Origin: Solirubrobacteraceae bacterium
Lineage (GTDB): Bacteria; Actinomycetota; Thermoleophilia; Solirubrobacterales; Solirubrobacteraceae
Length of the DNA: 64,000 nucleotides
NCBI GenBank assembly: GCA_049800435.1
Contig: JBARJU010000095.1
Location: 216-64,215, forward strand
Direction of reading: 5' to 3'
Part shown: positions 36,968 to 46,050 of the stretch, one piece after another
Layout of the letters: each line of letters starts with the position of its first letter
How positions within the stretch are numbered: position 1 is the stretch's first letter
The notes under the pieces: model-generated
What the model was told of the DNA's origin: nothing
The model's input: only the letters and a program-made list of their open reading frames with translations
The model's database searches: none
Made by a program: the position numbers and the translations under genes

Positions 36968-38019
36968 TGCGTCAGCTTCTGTTCATCGAGCCCGAACGGC
37001 TTGAGTGGGACGAGACTCCCGACCCCGAGATGCAAGGCTCGGGCGAGGCGATAGTGCGGCCGATCGCTGCCTCGAATTGCGATCTGGACACAGCGATCGT
37101 CCGCGGTGATGCGCCACTGCCAGGTCCGTTCGCGATCGACCACGAGTTCGTGGCCGAGGTCCTCGAAGTCGGGGACGAAGTCGCAAGCTTCGCGCGCGGT
37201 GACGTTGTGATCGTGCCGTGGAAGATCTCGTGTGGCACGTGCGCCGCCTGTCTGCGCGGTGTGACCGTGGGCTGCACGGCCGTCCCTCCGCTTGCAATGT
37301 TCGGCCTGCCGATCGGAGGCGAGTGGGGCAGCGCGCTGGCCGATGCGGTGCGTGTGCCGTTTGCCGAGCATTTGCTCGTGGCGCTCCCACAGGCGGCTTC
37401 GCCGATCGTGCTGGCGTCGGCCAGCGACAACCTCCCGGACGCATGGCGCTGCGTCGCGCCATACCTCTCCCAGCAGCCTCGCGCGGACGTGCTGATCCTT
37501 GGAGGCGGAACCCGCAGCACCGGACTCTATGCGGCTGGGCTCGCCAACGCCCTCGGTGCCGACCGAGTCGACTACCTCGACCGCGACTCCACCCGCCTGG
37601 CGATCGCGGCGTCCTACGGCGCCAACCCGATCGAGGCTCGTGTCCCGCCTGAGCGGTTCGGCGCTTACCAGGTTGTGGTCGACGCCAGCGCGGCACCTCA
37701 AGGACTGCGCTGCGCGCTTCGCTCGACCGCCGTCGGAGGCCACTGCACGAGCACCGGCATCTACTTCGAGGAGCAGCCCTTTCCGCTGTTCGACATGTAT
37801 CAGTCGTGCGTCACCTACCACACAGGACCCTGCCAGGCGAGACCACTCCTTCCCGCCGTGCTGGAACTGATCGTCGACGGCCGCTTCGACCCCGAGTCGG
37901 TCACGAGCGAGGTCGTCAGCTGGGAGGATGCGCCCTCGGCATACGCCCAGCTCACCACAAAGACAGTCATCATCCGCGACCCGGCGCATGGGCCAACACA
38001 AGCGAAAGCGACGGTCTGA
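36967..38019 (+). CDS. Zinc-type (MDR) alcohol dehydrogenase family protein
   Basis: GDVVIVPWKISCGTCAACLRG, Rossmann-like LILGGGTRSTGLYAAGLA. The start overlaps the upstream stop (ATGA-type). Confidence 0.75.
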   Translation: MRQLLFIEPERLEWDETPDPEMQGSGEAIVRPIAASNCDLDTAIVRGDAPLPGPFAIDHEFVAEVLEVGDEVASFARGDVVIVPWKISCGTCAACLRGVTVGCTAVPPLAMFGLPIGGEWGSALADAVRVPFAEHLLVALPQAASPIVLASASDNLPDAWRCVAPYLSQQPRADVLILGGGTRSTGLYAAGLANALGADRVDYLDRDSTRLAIAASYGANPIEARVPPERFGAYQVVVDASAAPQGLRCALRSTAVGGHCTSTGIYFEEQPFPLFDMYQSCVTYHTGPCQARPLLPAVLELIVDGRFDPESVTSEVVSWEDAPSAYAQLTTKTVIIRDPAHGPTQAKATV

Positions 38020-38102
38020 CGTTTGCGCTCCTCGCACGCCGTCAGATACGTGTACAGCTTGAGCGCTATGACGTCGATCGACTTGCCCGCCGGAGGCGAA
38101 CC

Positions 38103-38612
38103 GTGAAAGCCCAAGGCAACATCGACGCCGATACGGTGGCCAGCACCGAGGAGCTGCCGCGTATCGACGAGCACACGATCACGATTCGCGTGGATGATCC
38201 TGGGCTGGTGTGGAACGCACTCGGGAACGTGCTCGGACATTCGCGCGTCCCGGGGCTCGGACGCTCGCGCATCCCGACCATCGGCCACGGGGCACGATTG
38301 CTGCGAGTACACCCGGGAACACGCTCGGGCGATCCTCTGTTCGCCGGCTCGACGCTGCCCGGTTTCACGGTCGTCCGTGCCGAGCCCGGCAAGGAGCTCG
38401 CACTGGAAGGTCACCACCGCTTCTCCTCATACACTCTCATCTTCCGCCTGGTCGCGGGCGAGCATCACACGACGCTCAGCGCGGAAACACGCGCGGCGTT
38501 CCCAGGCGTGAGCGGCCGCGTGTACCGCGGGCTCGTGATCGGCACACGCGGCCACGTGCTGGTGGTTCGCGGGCTCCTGCGGGCCACTCGCAGACGCGCG
38601 GAGCGCCGGTGA
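38103..38612 (+). CDS. SRPBCC-fold (DUF2867-like) hypothetical protein
   Basis: GTG 38103 is in frame with track ORF 37806..38612. Weak pattern match only (LALEGHHRFSSYTLIFRL...). Confidence 0.4.
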   Translation: MKAQGNIDADTVASTEELPRIDEHTITIRVDDPGLVWNALGNVLGHSRVPGLGRSRIPTIGHGARLLRVHPGTRSGDPLFAGSTLPGFTVVRAEPGKELALEGHHRFSSYTLIFRLVAGEHHTTLSAETRAAFPGVSGRVYRGLVIGTRGHVLVVRGLLRATRRRAERR

Positions 38613-38627
38613 GATGATCGCGGTGCA

Positions 38628-39098
38628 TCAGTCGCCGCTCGACGGCGCCGGGGCGATCTCGCGTGGGAACTCGCGTAGCAGCTCCATCATCAGCGTCGGG
38701 TCGGGTATCCCTCGCTCGCCGGTGTGACCGTCGCGTGCGAGCGCGAACAACCGCTCGACGAACTGCTCCCAGCGAAGCGCGGGGCGCATCTGGATACGAA
38801 GATGTACAGGCTCATCGGTGGGATTCCACGCCAGGTGCGGCACGCCCGGAGGAGCGATGACGACCTCACCCGGTCCTGCGGTCCATTCATCGCCAGCGAT
38901 GCGAAAGGACGCGGTACCGGCGATGACCTCCCAGCGCTCCTGCATCTCGGGATGAACGTGCTCCGGCGCGCGGTGCCCCGGCTGCGTCCAGAAGTCATCC
39001 ATCTCGAGCAACATCCCGTCGGTGTCCGCTGCGGTCTTGCGGAACACGATCCGCTCGCCTGTGATCGGGTTGAGCAGCTCGTCTCCCGCGCGTGCCAT
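38628..39098 (-). CDS. Cupin domain protein
   Basis: HVHPEMQERWEVIAGTASFRIAGDEWTAGPGEVVIAPPGVPH (G-x5-H-x-H...E / G-x5-P-x-G...H cupin motifs). Confidence 0.8.
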   Translation of the reverse strand: MARAGDELLNPITGERIVFRKTAADTDGMLLEMDDFWTQPGHRAPEHVHPEMQERWEVIAGTASFRIAGDEWTAGPGEVVIAPPGVPHLAWNPTDEPVHLRIQMRPALRWEQFVERLFALARDGHTGERGIPDPTLMMELLREFPREIAPAPSSGD

Positions 39099-39129
39099 CA
39101 GCTCGATCTTGCCATACGCATCTCACTAC

Positions 39130-39330
39130 CCTGAGCCAATCGACGCACTCTTCTCACTCGGCTCGTCGCTGGTCCAGTTGGTCGAAGCTGTGCGGGCACT
39201 GCCCTATGGTCGTCCGAGTGACCGCAGCGTGGAGGGGATGCTGCGCGAGCGTCGCGGCACCTGCTCCACCAAGCACTTGTTCCTAGCGCGCGCTCGAGCA
39301 GCAGCACTGCGACCCCGCCGTCCGTGAGCC
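39130..39330 (+). pseudogene. Gene fragment of unknown family (…LPYGRPSDRSVEGMLRERRGTCSTKHLFLA…)
   Basis: Short protein-like stretch with no plausible start or continuation, inside a 530-bp non-coding gap. Confidence 0.3.
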
Positions 39331-39627
39331 GTTCATCGCGGCGTTGGCCTCCATAGGGCGGCTGCAGCGGTAGCCACACCCGCTGCTGAGAACACCACGC
39401 CCCCCGGACAAATCGGGGTCCACCCGTCCTCGGCCACGGGCCTCGATCAGCGCGGAGATCATGTCGGAGGCGTCGATCGCGATAGCGGCAGTTCGGCAAG
39501 TCAGAGGTAGCGGGACTTTGCGGAGACCCGTGGCAAGCGCTCGGACCAGCGCTTGCCCGGCGAGGCGTGACTGTCATTGCCCGGCACTCGCCGCTGACCA
39601 AGGCCAGCGGCGAGTGCCGGCCGTCTT

Positions 39628-41799
39628 TCAAGTGCTTAGAGCGGGTTGCGGGGGGATTTCGACGTCGCCGGTGCGGGGGATGTGTTTCCAGGAGGCGCGT
39701 GCGCCGATGAGGGCTGAGATGGTTGCCTCGATGATGACGAGGTACATGAGCTGGCGGTAGAGGAACTGCTGGAGGGGGAGCGCCCACAGTGGGCGCAGCG
39801 ACTCACCGTCGAGCTTGAACGCGGCGATCGCGATCGCCAGTTGAGCAGCGTTGAACGCCAGCCAGAAGGCGATGACGGGGCCCGGGTTGGTGAAGATCAG
39901 GCCGTAGATGGCGTACAGGTCGATCAGTGGCGCGGCGATCGGTAGCAGGATCTGGAAGAAGATCATGTAGGGCAGTGCCAGTCGCCCGATTCGTCGCTGG
40001 CGGCGATCGCGGCTGATCATCGCGCGCTTGTGCTTCCAGACGGCTTGCATCGTGCCGAACGACCAGCGGTAGCGTTGGCGCCACAGGCCGTTCAGGGTGG
40101 ATGGGGCCTCGGTCCAGGCGAGCGCGTCCTCGGCGTATACGACGCGGTGACCGAGGCGACCTATGGATAGGGTGAGGTCGGTGTCCTCGGCCAGTGTTTG
40201 ACCGGGTACTCCGCCGAGCTCGATCAGTACGCTGCGACGGAAGGCGCCGATGGCGCCGGGCACGGTGGGGGTGCTCTGCAGGATCTCGTACAGGCGGCGG
40301 TCGAGGTTGAAGCCCATGACGTACTCGATGTGCTGCCAGCGACCGAGGAGCCGGGAGCGGTTGCCGACCTTGGTGTTGCCCGACACGGCGGCGACGTGGG
40401 GGTCGCTCAGCGGTTGGACGAGGCGCGTGATGGTGTCCGCCTCAAAGATGGTGTCGCCATCGACCATTACGACCACCTCGGCGTCGGTGTGATGGATGCC
40501 GGTTGTTAGGGCAGCGGCCTTGCCTCCGTTCGGCTGCCTGACGAGCTCCACCTGGGCGAGATCGAGGCCCTCCACGATCTCGGCGGTCCTATCGGTCGAG
40601 CCGTCGTCGACCACAACGATCTCCAGCCGCGGATAGGTGCTGGCCGCCAATGAGCTCACCGCCCTGCCGATACCTACCTCCTCGTTGAAAGCGGGCACGA
40701 TCACCGCGACCGACGGCCAGTAGCTCGGGGTCGGATGGGGCCTGGTTCGACGGGCGTGCACCCACGCGGTCGGCAGAATGATTATCAGGCGCGCGGCGAC
40801 CAGGACGCCGACGACCACGATGATCAGTCCCAGGACGCCGGTCAGCCAGAAGGCCATTCGGACCGCCCACAGGAACGCCAGCGCCCGGGTGTGCTGCCAG
40901 GCGCTCGCACGAGGCTCCGCTTCCGCTGCGCTCATGCCGAGCAGGGAGCGCACCGCCACGAAGCGGTAGCCCGCCGATCGCAGGCGCGGGATCAAGATCC
41001 GCAGGGCCGCGACCGTCTCGGAGCGGTTGCCGCCGCCGTCGTGGAACATGACGATCCCGCCGCGGCCTGCGCGTGGTGTCGCGTTGGCCACGATCTTCGA
41101 TACGCCGGGCCGCGTCCAGTCCTCAGAGTCGTAGTCCGCCAAGGCTATGAGATAGCGCCGACCGGCCAGCTGCGCCAGATCGCGCTCGTCGGCTGGAGTC
41201 ACGGCGTCGGGTGTCGCCGAGTAGGGAGGACGGATGAAGCGTGGGTAGTGGCCGGTGATACCGAGGAGCACCGCCTCGGTGAACTCGATCTGAGCGCGGC
41301 GCTCCCACACCGGACCGTTGCTCAGGGCGGTATGCGTGAACGTGTGATCCGCGATCTCTCCTCCGGAAGCCTCCACGAGCCGCACGAGGTCGGGATGACG
41401 GGCCGCCTGACTTCCGACCATGAAAAACGTCCCCGGAATTCGGTATTGGCGAAGAACGCTCACGACCTGGGGCGTCCAGCGAGGATCGGGGCCGTCGTCG
41501 AACGTCAGGGCGATCTGTAGCCCGGGCGGGGGCTCGGGCGAGTACAGCGTCCCTCCGCGTGCCGCCAGCAACGGCTCACTGCCCTTGAGAGGCGCAGAGG
41601 CCGAGGAGTTCTCGTGGGGCTCCGCGCTCGTCCCGATCGTGTGTGTGCAGATGCCCTGAAAGGCGATCAGTACGAAGACGATGATCAGGCACAGGCCCAG
41701 CAAGCGCCAGTGGGCAGGGGGATTGCGCAACCGCCGTCGCAGCAGTGCGGCCTGCCTCCAGCGACTGGAGCGCGCATCGCCCGGCTCCCCCACGTTCAC
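39628..41799 (-). CDS. Fused polysaccharide deacetylase (NodB) + family-2 glycosyltransferase; PNAG-synthase-like (MatB/PgaC-IcaA-like architecture)
   Basis: NodB LTFDDGPDPRWTP...GTFFMVG. GT2 VIVPAFNEE, VMVDGDTIF, QRYRWSFG (QxxRW). C-terminal TM helices. GTG start overlaps the upstream stop (GTGA). Confidence 0.85.
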   Translation of the reverse strand: MNVGEPGDARSSRWRQAALLRRRLRNPPAHWRLLGLCLIIVFVLIAFQGICTHTIGTSAEPHENSSASAPLKGSEPLLAARGGTLYSPEPPPGLQIALTFDDGPDPRWTPQVVSVLRQYRIPGTFFMVGSQAARHPDLVRLVEASGGEIADHTFTHTALSNGPVWERRAQIEFTEAVLLGITGHYPRFIRPPYSATPDAVTPADERDLAQLAGRRYLIALADYDSEDWTRPGVSKIVANATPRAGRGGIVMFHDGGGNRSETVAALRILIPRLRSAGYRFVAVRSLLGMSAAEAEPRASAWQHTRALAFLWAVRMAFWLTGVLGLIIVVVGVLVAARLIIILPTAWVHARRTRPHPTPSYWPSVAVIVPAFNEEVGIGRAVSSLAASTYPRLEIVVVDDGSTDRTAEIVEGLDLAQVELVRQPNGGKAAALTTGIHHTDAEVVVMVDGDTIFEADTITRLVQPLSDPHVAAVSGNTKVGNRSRLLGRWQHIEYVMGFNLDRRLYEILQSTPTVPGAIGAFRRSVLIELGGVPGQTLAEDTDLTLSIGRLGHRVVYAEDALAWTEAPSTLNGLWRQRYRWSFGTMQAVWKHKRAMISRDRRQRRIGRLALPYMIFFQILLPIAAPLIDLYAIYGLIFTNPGPVIAFWLAFNAAQLAIAIAAFKLDGESLRPLWALPLQQFLYRQLMYLVIIEATISALIGARASWKHIPRTGDVEIPPQPALST

Positions 41800-42509
41800 G
41801 GCGCGGGACTCGTGGTGGTCTTGTAATGAAGAGTGCCAATCGCGTTGCTATTGGTATGGGCACTCCCGTTGGCCGGCGCGGGTTGCGCCGAGGTTTGGCC
41901 GGGTTCCTTCGTGTGCCCGGGGCTCGTGGTCGACTTACTCGGCGAACTCGTCGACGAGGGCGCCGTCGTCGGCCTCTTGGCCTGCCCGGGCGAGGATTGC
42001 GACTTGCCGGGATTCGCGGTACCCGTCGTTTGTGGGGACTTCTTGCCGGACCTTACGGGCCCCCGTCCATGAGCAGGGGATGGCGTCGTCCCGGTAGAGC
42101 CCGGAATCGAGCCTGATGCAGGAACGTTCTTACGGACGGGCTTGGCATTCGACGCCGGACCGGGCCGACGGGGGGTGTTCCGCGAGCGCCCGCTCGCTCC
42201 GCGAGAACGCGCTCCAGCGGGCATCGGTCGACCGCCGACTCCCACGACGGCGACCGAGTGTCGCGGCGTGACGATACGACCTCCGGCCACGGCGGATTCG
42301 ATACGTGCGGGAAGCGCCGGTGGCGTGGCACGACTTATCCCTGGGTCCAGGACGCCCAAGTTGCCAAGCGGCTCGATCCCCAGCCACGCGAGAGCCAGCA
42401 CCCCGAGCCAAATCAATAGCAGCACGCTGACCGCACGTCCCACAAGCCGCAACACTCGACGGCGACGGCCGGAATCGTCGACAAGGACGCCTGCCGCAAA
42501 ATCGCTCAT
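41796..42509 (-). CDS. Membrane-anchored Pro/Ser/Thr-rich protein, first gene of the EPS operon
   Basis: One N-terminal TM helix (VLRLVGRAVSVLLLIWLGVLALAWL) followed by a low-complexity P/S/T/G-rich tail. Confidence 0.55.
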   Translation of the reverse strand: MSDFAAGVLVDDSGRRRRVLRLVGRAVSVLLLIWLGVLALAWLGIEPLGNLGVLDPGISRATPPALPARIESAVAGGRIVTPRHSVAVVGVGGRPMPAGARSRGASGRSRNTPRRPGPASNAKPVRKNVPASGSIPGSTGTTPSPAHGRGPVRSGKKSPQTTGTANPGKSQSSPGQAKRPTTAPSSTSSPSKSTTSPGHTKEPGQTSAQPAPANGSAHTNSNAIGTLHYKTTTSPAP

Positions 42510-42646
42510 GCTTCACCCAACCCGGCGACGGTCGGTTCGAAGCGGTCGCGGGAGGGCAGCAATACCGGCGTCACGACTATCGACGAACGGTCGATTGTGG
42601 ACGGTTGTCTGTCAAGGCCGCTGTGCACATAGTCGATCACGGTGGC

Positions 42647-44062
42647 ATGGGCCTGTCTCGCATAGCTGTCGCTCCGATCGCACTCCTGGCGCTGATGCTC
42701 GGGCTCGCGAGCGCTCCAGCACAGGGCGCGGAATCGGGGGTCGTCGTCAACGGTCCGACCGGACTCTCGCCGCAGAGCGCCGGTCAGCTGGCCCCACTCG
42801 GCGTCGGTTGGGTGCGGGGATTCGTGCCTTGGCAGGAGTATGAACCGAACCCCGGCCATCTCAACGAGTGGCAGATCGTTCAGCTGGAAGCAGGCATCGC
42901 GGCGCTGCCCCAGGGCACGAAGGTGATCCTCGACGTTGTTACCACCCCCCAGTGGGAGTCGGGCTCGCCCAACCAGGTCATGCCACCTCGCAATCCGGCG
43001 GACTACGGTCGCTTCGCCGGCGCGCTGGCCAAGCGCCTGGCGGGTCGCGTGGCGGCATGGGAGATCTGGAACGAGGAGGACGACACGCTGTGGTGGCCGA
43101 GCGGCCCGGACCCCGCTGCCTATACCGCTCTGCTGAAGGCTGCCTACCCGGCGATCAAGACGGCTGACCCCAGCGCGAAGGTCGTGCTCGGGGGGCTCAC
43201 GGGCAACGACTACGAATACCTCTCCCAACTCTATGCCGACGGTGCCAAGGGGTCGTTTGACGCGGTCGGGGTGCACACCGACTCGATCTGCAGCACGATC
43301 TCCCCCGATGACGTGCTGCGCAACGGGCGCACCGATCGGCGCATCAACCGCTGGGCGTTCCTCGGCTATCGCACGGTCCACGAAGTCATGCAGGCCAACG
43401 GCGATGGCGGGCCGATCTGGATGACCGAGCTCGGCTGGAGCACCTCGACGCAGACCTGCAACGCGGGCGCATCGGCGGGCAAGCCGGGCGGGGTCAGCCG
43501 TGAGACGCAGGCCAAGTTCCTATCGCAGGCCTACCACTGCCTCGCTCAGGACCCCTACGTGCAGGTGGGCATCTGGTTCGGGCTGCAGGACACCGAACCG
43601 TTCGACAGCCCGCGCGGCAGCTACGGGCTGCTCGACTCGAGCCTCTCCCCGAAGTCTGCATATGGAGCGCTTGCCGACTACGACCACAACGGAGATCGCC
43701 TGACCGAACCGTGCGATGCCCAGCAGGGACCGCAGATCGAGCTGACGAGCCCCAGGACGGGGGTGCGCTACACGAACACGCTGCCGATCGCAGTGAGCGC
43801 CAGCGACAGCGTCGGTGTCTACCAGATCTCCCTCTACGGCGACCGTCACATCATCCGCAGCTTCTATGTCCACGGCGGCACCACGACGTTGAGCGGCCAC
43901 ATGGTGTGGTACGGCGCACGACTGCTCAAGCCCGGTAGGCACACGCTGACCGCCGAAGCGTTCGACGAGCGCAACAACTCCTCCGCGACGTCGATCACGA
44001 TCGTGCGCGGGCCGAAGCCCAAGAAGAAGCACAAGCATCATCATCGCCGCAAGAAGCACTGA
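42647..44062 (+). CDS. Secreted clan GH-A glycoside hydrolase (GH5/GH39-like) with C-terminal Ig-like region and poly-basic Lys/His tail
   Basis: Signal MGLSRIAVAPIALLALMLGLASAPAQG. Acid/base AWEIWNEED, nucleophile IWMTELGWS. Tail KPKKKHKHHHRRKKH. Confidence 0.75.
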   Translation: MGLSRIAVAPIALLALMLGLASAPAQGAESGVVVNGPTGLSPQSAGQLAPLGVGWVRGFVPWQEYEPNPGHLNEWQIVQLEAGIAALPQGTKVILDVVTTPQWESGSPNQVMPPRNPADYGRFAGALAKRLAGRVAAWEIWNEEDDTLWWPSGPDPAAYTALLKAAYPAIKTADPSAKVVLGGLTGNDYEYLSQLYADGAKGSFDAVGVHTDSICSTISPDDVLRNGRTDRRINRWAFLGYRTVHEVMQANGDGGPIWMTELGWSTSTQTCNAGASAGKPGGVSRETQAKFLSQAYHCLAQDPYVQVGIWFGLQDTEPFDSPRGSYGLLDSSLSPKSAYGALADYDHNGDRLTEPCDAQQGPQIELTSPRTGVRYTNTLPIAVSASDSVGVYQISLYGDRHIIRSFYVHGGTTTLSGHMVWYGARLLKPGRHTLTAEAFDERNNSSATSITIVRGPKPKKKHKHHHRRKKH

Positions 44063-44130
44063 GCACCCGCCGCAGACACCCTGACTTTGCCGGACGAGCG
44101 GAAGTCGCATGCCGCAGCCCTCCACAGTCT

Positions 44131-45930
44131 CTAAACTGGCGTTTCGGAGTCCTTGGAGAGGTGGCCGAGTGGCTGAAGGCACTCGCCTGCTAAGCGAGTA
44201 TGGGGGTTAAACTCCATCGCGGGTTCGAATCCCGCCCTCTCCGCCATTCGTTCGATGTACGAACCCCGGCCCCGAAAATCGGGGTCTGGGTCGTTTTTGG
44301 GGCCAAAGTCCTTATTTCCGGCTGCCCTGGGCCGCTTTATGGGCATTTGAGGGGCTTGCTTGGCTTCCCGAAGGTCTTGGGCGAGGCGAGCGAGCTCGTC
44401 GTAAAGAGGGGTCCGCTGGGTCTCGATCGTGTCCGGGTCATAGACGATCAGCGCTAGGAAGACAGCTAGGTTGACGAGCCGCCGGTGGCTGTTTGGCAGA
44501 TCCTCGTAGATGACGTGCCTGTCGTCGAGCAGAATGAGCGCGTCCTCGAGCGCCGCCATGACATCACTGGTCTCGCGTTCGGCGGCGTCAGCCCACTTTT
44601 GGGCCTTGCCGCGCTCAATCTCGATGCGCTTCTGCTCGGCCTTCAGCACCTCTTCGGAGACACCGCCGTTATAGAAGAGCTGGACAAGCTTCTGTTGCTG
44701 GCCGGTCAGTTCATGCAGGCGGCGGTTGTGGCGCTCGGACTCGCGACGGGCGATATCGGCCTTGCCCTCAACGTAGGTCTGCACGGCCCGGCGGATGTCG
44801 TCTTGCTCGCTTGGCTGATAGGTCTCGCGCTTGTAGCGCCGTATGACGGCGCGTTCGGTGCTCTCCACCGGGAAGTAGGGCGCCGGGCAGCGTTGGCCGC
44901 GCTGTACGCGGCTCAGGCAGCTGAAGTACTCATAGACACCGCCGCATTTGCCACGGTGCCGTCCGTAGCCCAAGCGCTTGCCGCAAGCACAGAACAGCGT
45001 TCCCTTCAAGTAGTTGTGGTGCTTGTGGGAACGGTCTCCACTGGCACGGTGGCTGTCGAGGACCCTTTGCACCTGGTCAAAGGTCGCCTGGTCGATCAGG
45101 GCATCGTGGCGACCCTCGCGCTTGACGCCGTTGCGGGTGACGACTCCCAAGTAGAAGTCGTCGCGAAGGATGCGATGCACGGTAGTGCGGGTCAGCGGGC
45201 GCTCGGGCCGCGTGCGGGTGGGCCGGGTCTTCATGCCGGCATCCTCAAGGATGTCCGTAATGGTCGTGATGGTGTGCTCATCGGTGGCAGCGAGGTCGAA
45301 CGCGAGCTTGATGTACTCAGAGCGCTCGGGATCGGGAGCAATGGCGGCAACATCGGTTCCGTGGTCGCTCTTCTCAACGATGTTGAGGTAGCCCAGACGA
45401 GCAGGACCGTGGGCGCCGCCGTCAGCAAACTTACGGTCCAACCCCACCTTGACCTTCACAGCATCATCGCGTGAGCGGAAGGCGTTGACACCGGCCATGA
45501 TCGCGAACAGGAGGAGTCCTTGGGGGCTGTCATCGACTGGCTCCCGTGTGGAGGTCAGCTTGGCGCCGTGGCTCTTGACCTGGGCGAGCAGCCAAAAGGC
45601 GTCGGACTCCTCCCGTGCAACGCGGGAGAGGTCATAAAAGATGACATAGGTGGGGCGTACCTCGGGAAGCTCCGTCAATAGCTGTTGGAGTGCTTGCCGG
45701 CGGGTGTTGGTAGCGGTCCGTCCCGGCTCGATGTACTCGCCGACGATTCGCGCTCCCAGCGAGGCGGCGTACAGTTCACACGCCTTACGTTGACCCTCGA
45801 TGGAATAACCCTCCGGGTTGTGCCCGGTGAGCTGCCCCGTGCTCGACACACGCAGGTAAATGACCGCCGTCGCCTCGTCAGCGTTTGTGGTTGTGGTTTC
45901 ACTGATAATGTCCGGCGTGGCTAGTGGCAT
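44131..45930 (-). CDS. Large serine recombinase (integrase); 3' end reads antisense through tRNA-Ser
   Basis: Catalytic AVIYLRVSSTGQ, recombinase domain, zinc ribbon CACGKRLGYGRHRGKCGGVYEYFSC, coiled-coil region. AGGAGG RBS upstream of ATG 45930. Confidence 0.9.
   Translation of the reverse strand: MPLATPDIISETTTTNADEATAVIYLRVSSTGQLTGHNPEGYSIEGQRKACELYAASLGARIVGEYIEPGRTATNTRRQALQQLLTELPEVRPTYVIFYDLSRVAREESDAFWLLAQVKSHGAKLTSTREPVDDSPQGLLLFAIMAGVNAFRSRDDAVKVKVGLDRKFADGGAHGPARLGYLNIVEKSDHGTDVAAIAPDPERSEYIKLAFDLAATDEHTITTITDILEDAGMKTRPTRTRPERPLTRTTVHRILRDDFYLGVVTRNGVKREGRHDALIDQATFDQVQRVLDSHRASGDRSHKHHNYLKGTLFCACGKRLGYGRHRGKCGGVYEYFSCLSRVQRGQRCPAPYFPVESTERAVIRRYKRETYQPSEQDDIRRAVQTYVEGKADIARRESERHNRRLHELTGQQQKLVQLFYNGGVSEEVLKAEQKRIEIERGKAQKWADAAERETSDVMAALEDALILLDDRHVIYEDLPNSHRRLVNLAVFLALIVYDPDTIETQRTPLYDELARLAQDLREAKQAPQMPIKRPRAAGNKDFGPKNDPDPDFRGRGSYIERMAERAGFEPAMEFNPHTRLAGECLQPLGHLSKDSETPV
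44155..44246 (+). tRNA. tRNA-Ser (anticodon GCU), class II, CCA encoded
   Basis: Manual fold: acceptor GGAGAGG/CCTCTCC, anticodon stem CTCGC/GCGAG with loop CTGCTAA, T-arm GCGGG-TTCGAAT-CCCGC, 20-nt variable arm. Confidence 0.9.
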
Positions 45931-45956
45931 ATTTCCTCCTTTCTTGGTTAATATGG

Positions 45957-45977
45957 CTTAACGATTTTCCCGTTAAG
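45957..45977. promoter_or_regulatory. Perfect 7-7-7 inverted repeat CTTAACG-N7-CGTTAAG in the AT-rich integrase promoter region
   Basis: Arms at 45957..45963 and 45971..45977, 27-47 nt upstream of the int ATG, overlapping TTAACG / TATTAA promoter-like hexamers. Confidence 0.45.
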
Positions 45978-46008
45978 TCGTGATTTAAGCAACCTGTAAT
46001 TAGTAGGT

Positions 46009-46044
46009 GCGGGCCAGTCCAGGTGATTACCCAGACCGGCCCGC
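46009..46044 (-). terminator. Stem-loop terminator after the 126-aa gene
   Basis: GCGGGCCAGTC (46009..46019) pairs with GACCGGCCCGC (46034..46044). 11-bp stem with one mismatch and a 14-nt loop, 6 nt after the stop. Confidence 0.55.
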
Positions 46045-46050
46045 GTTGTC

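Noticed and set aside
30523-38037. ORFs 30523..31488 (+, 321 aa), 35645..36274 (-, 209 aa), 36742..38037 (-, 431 aa) and 36983..37696 (-, 237 aa).
   Set aside because: Arg-rich low-complexity translations, antisense or out of frame to methyltransferase, crotonase and ADH genes that have recognisable motifs.
39098-39787. 229-aa minus-strand ORF spanning the gap between the cupin gene and the EPS synthase.
   Set aside because: Pro/Arg-rich nonsense that overlaps the 3' end of the synthase gene. The region reads better as non-coding or a gene remnant.
44262-44298. Possible intrinsic terminator after tRNA-Ser(GCU): CCCCG-AAAAT-CGGGG, then TTTTT 9 nt later.
   Set aside because: The stem is only 5 bp and the T-run is not adjacent, so this is too weak to list as a feature.
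44485-45474. 329-aa plus-strand ORF inside the integrase gene.
   Set aside because: Antisense to a recombinase with catalytic Ser and zinc-ribbon motifs. The translation is Ala/Leu/Val/Gly-rich without features.
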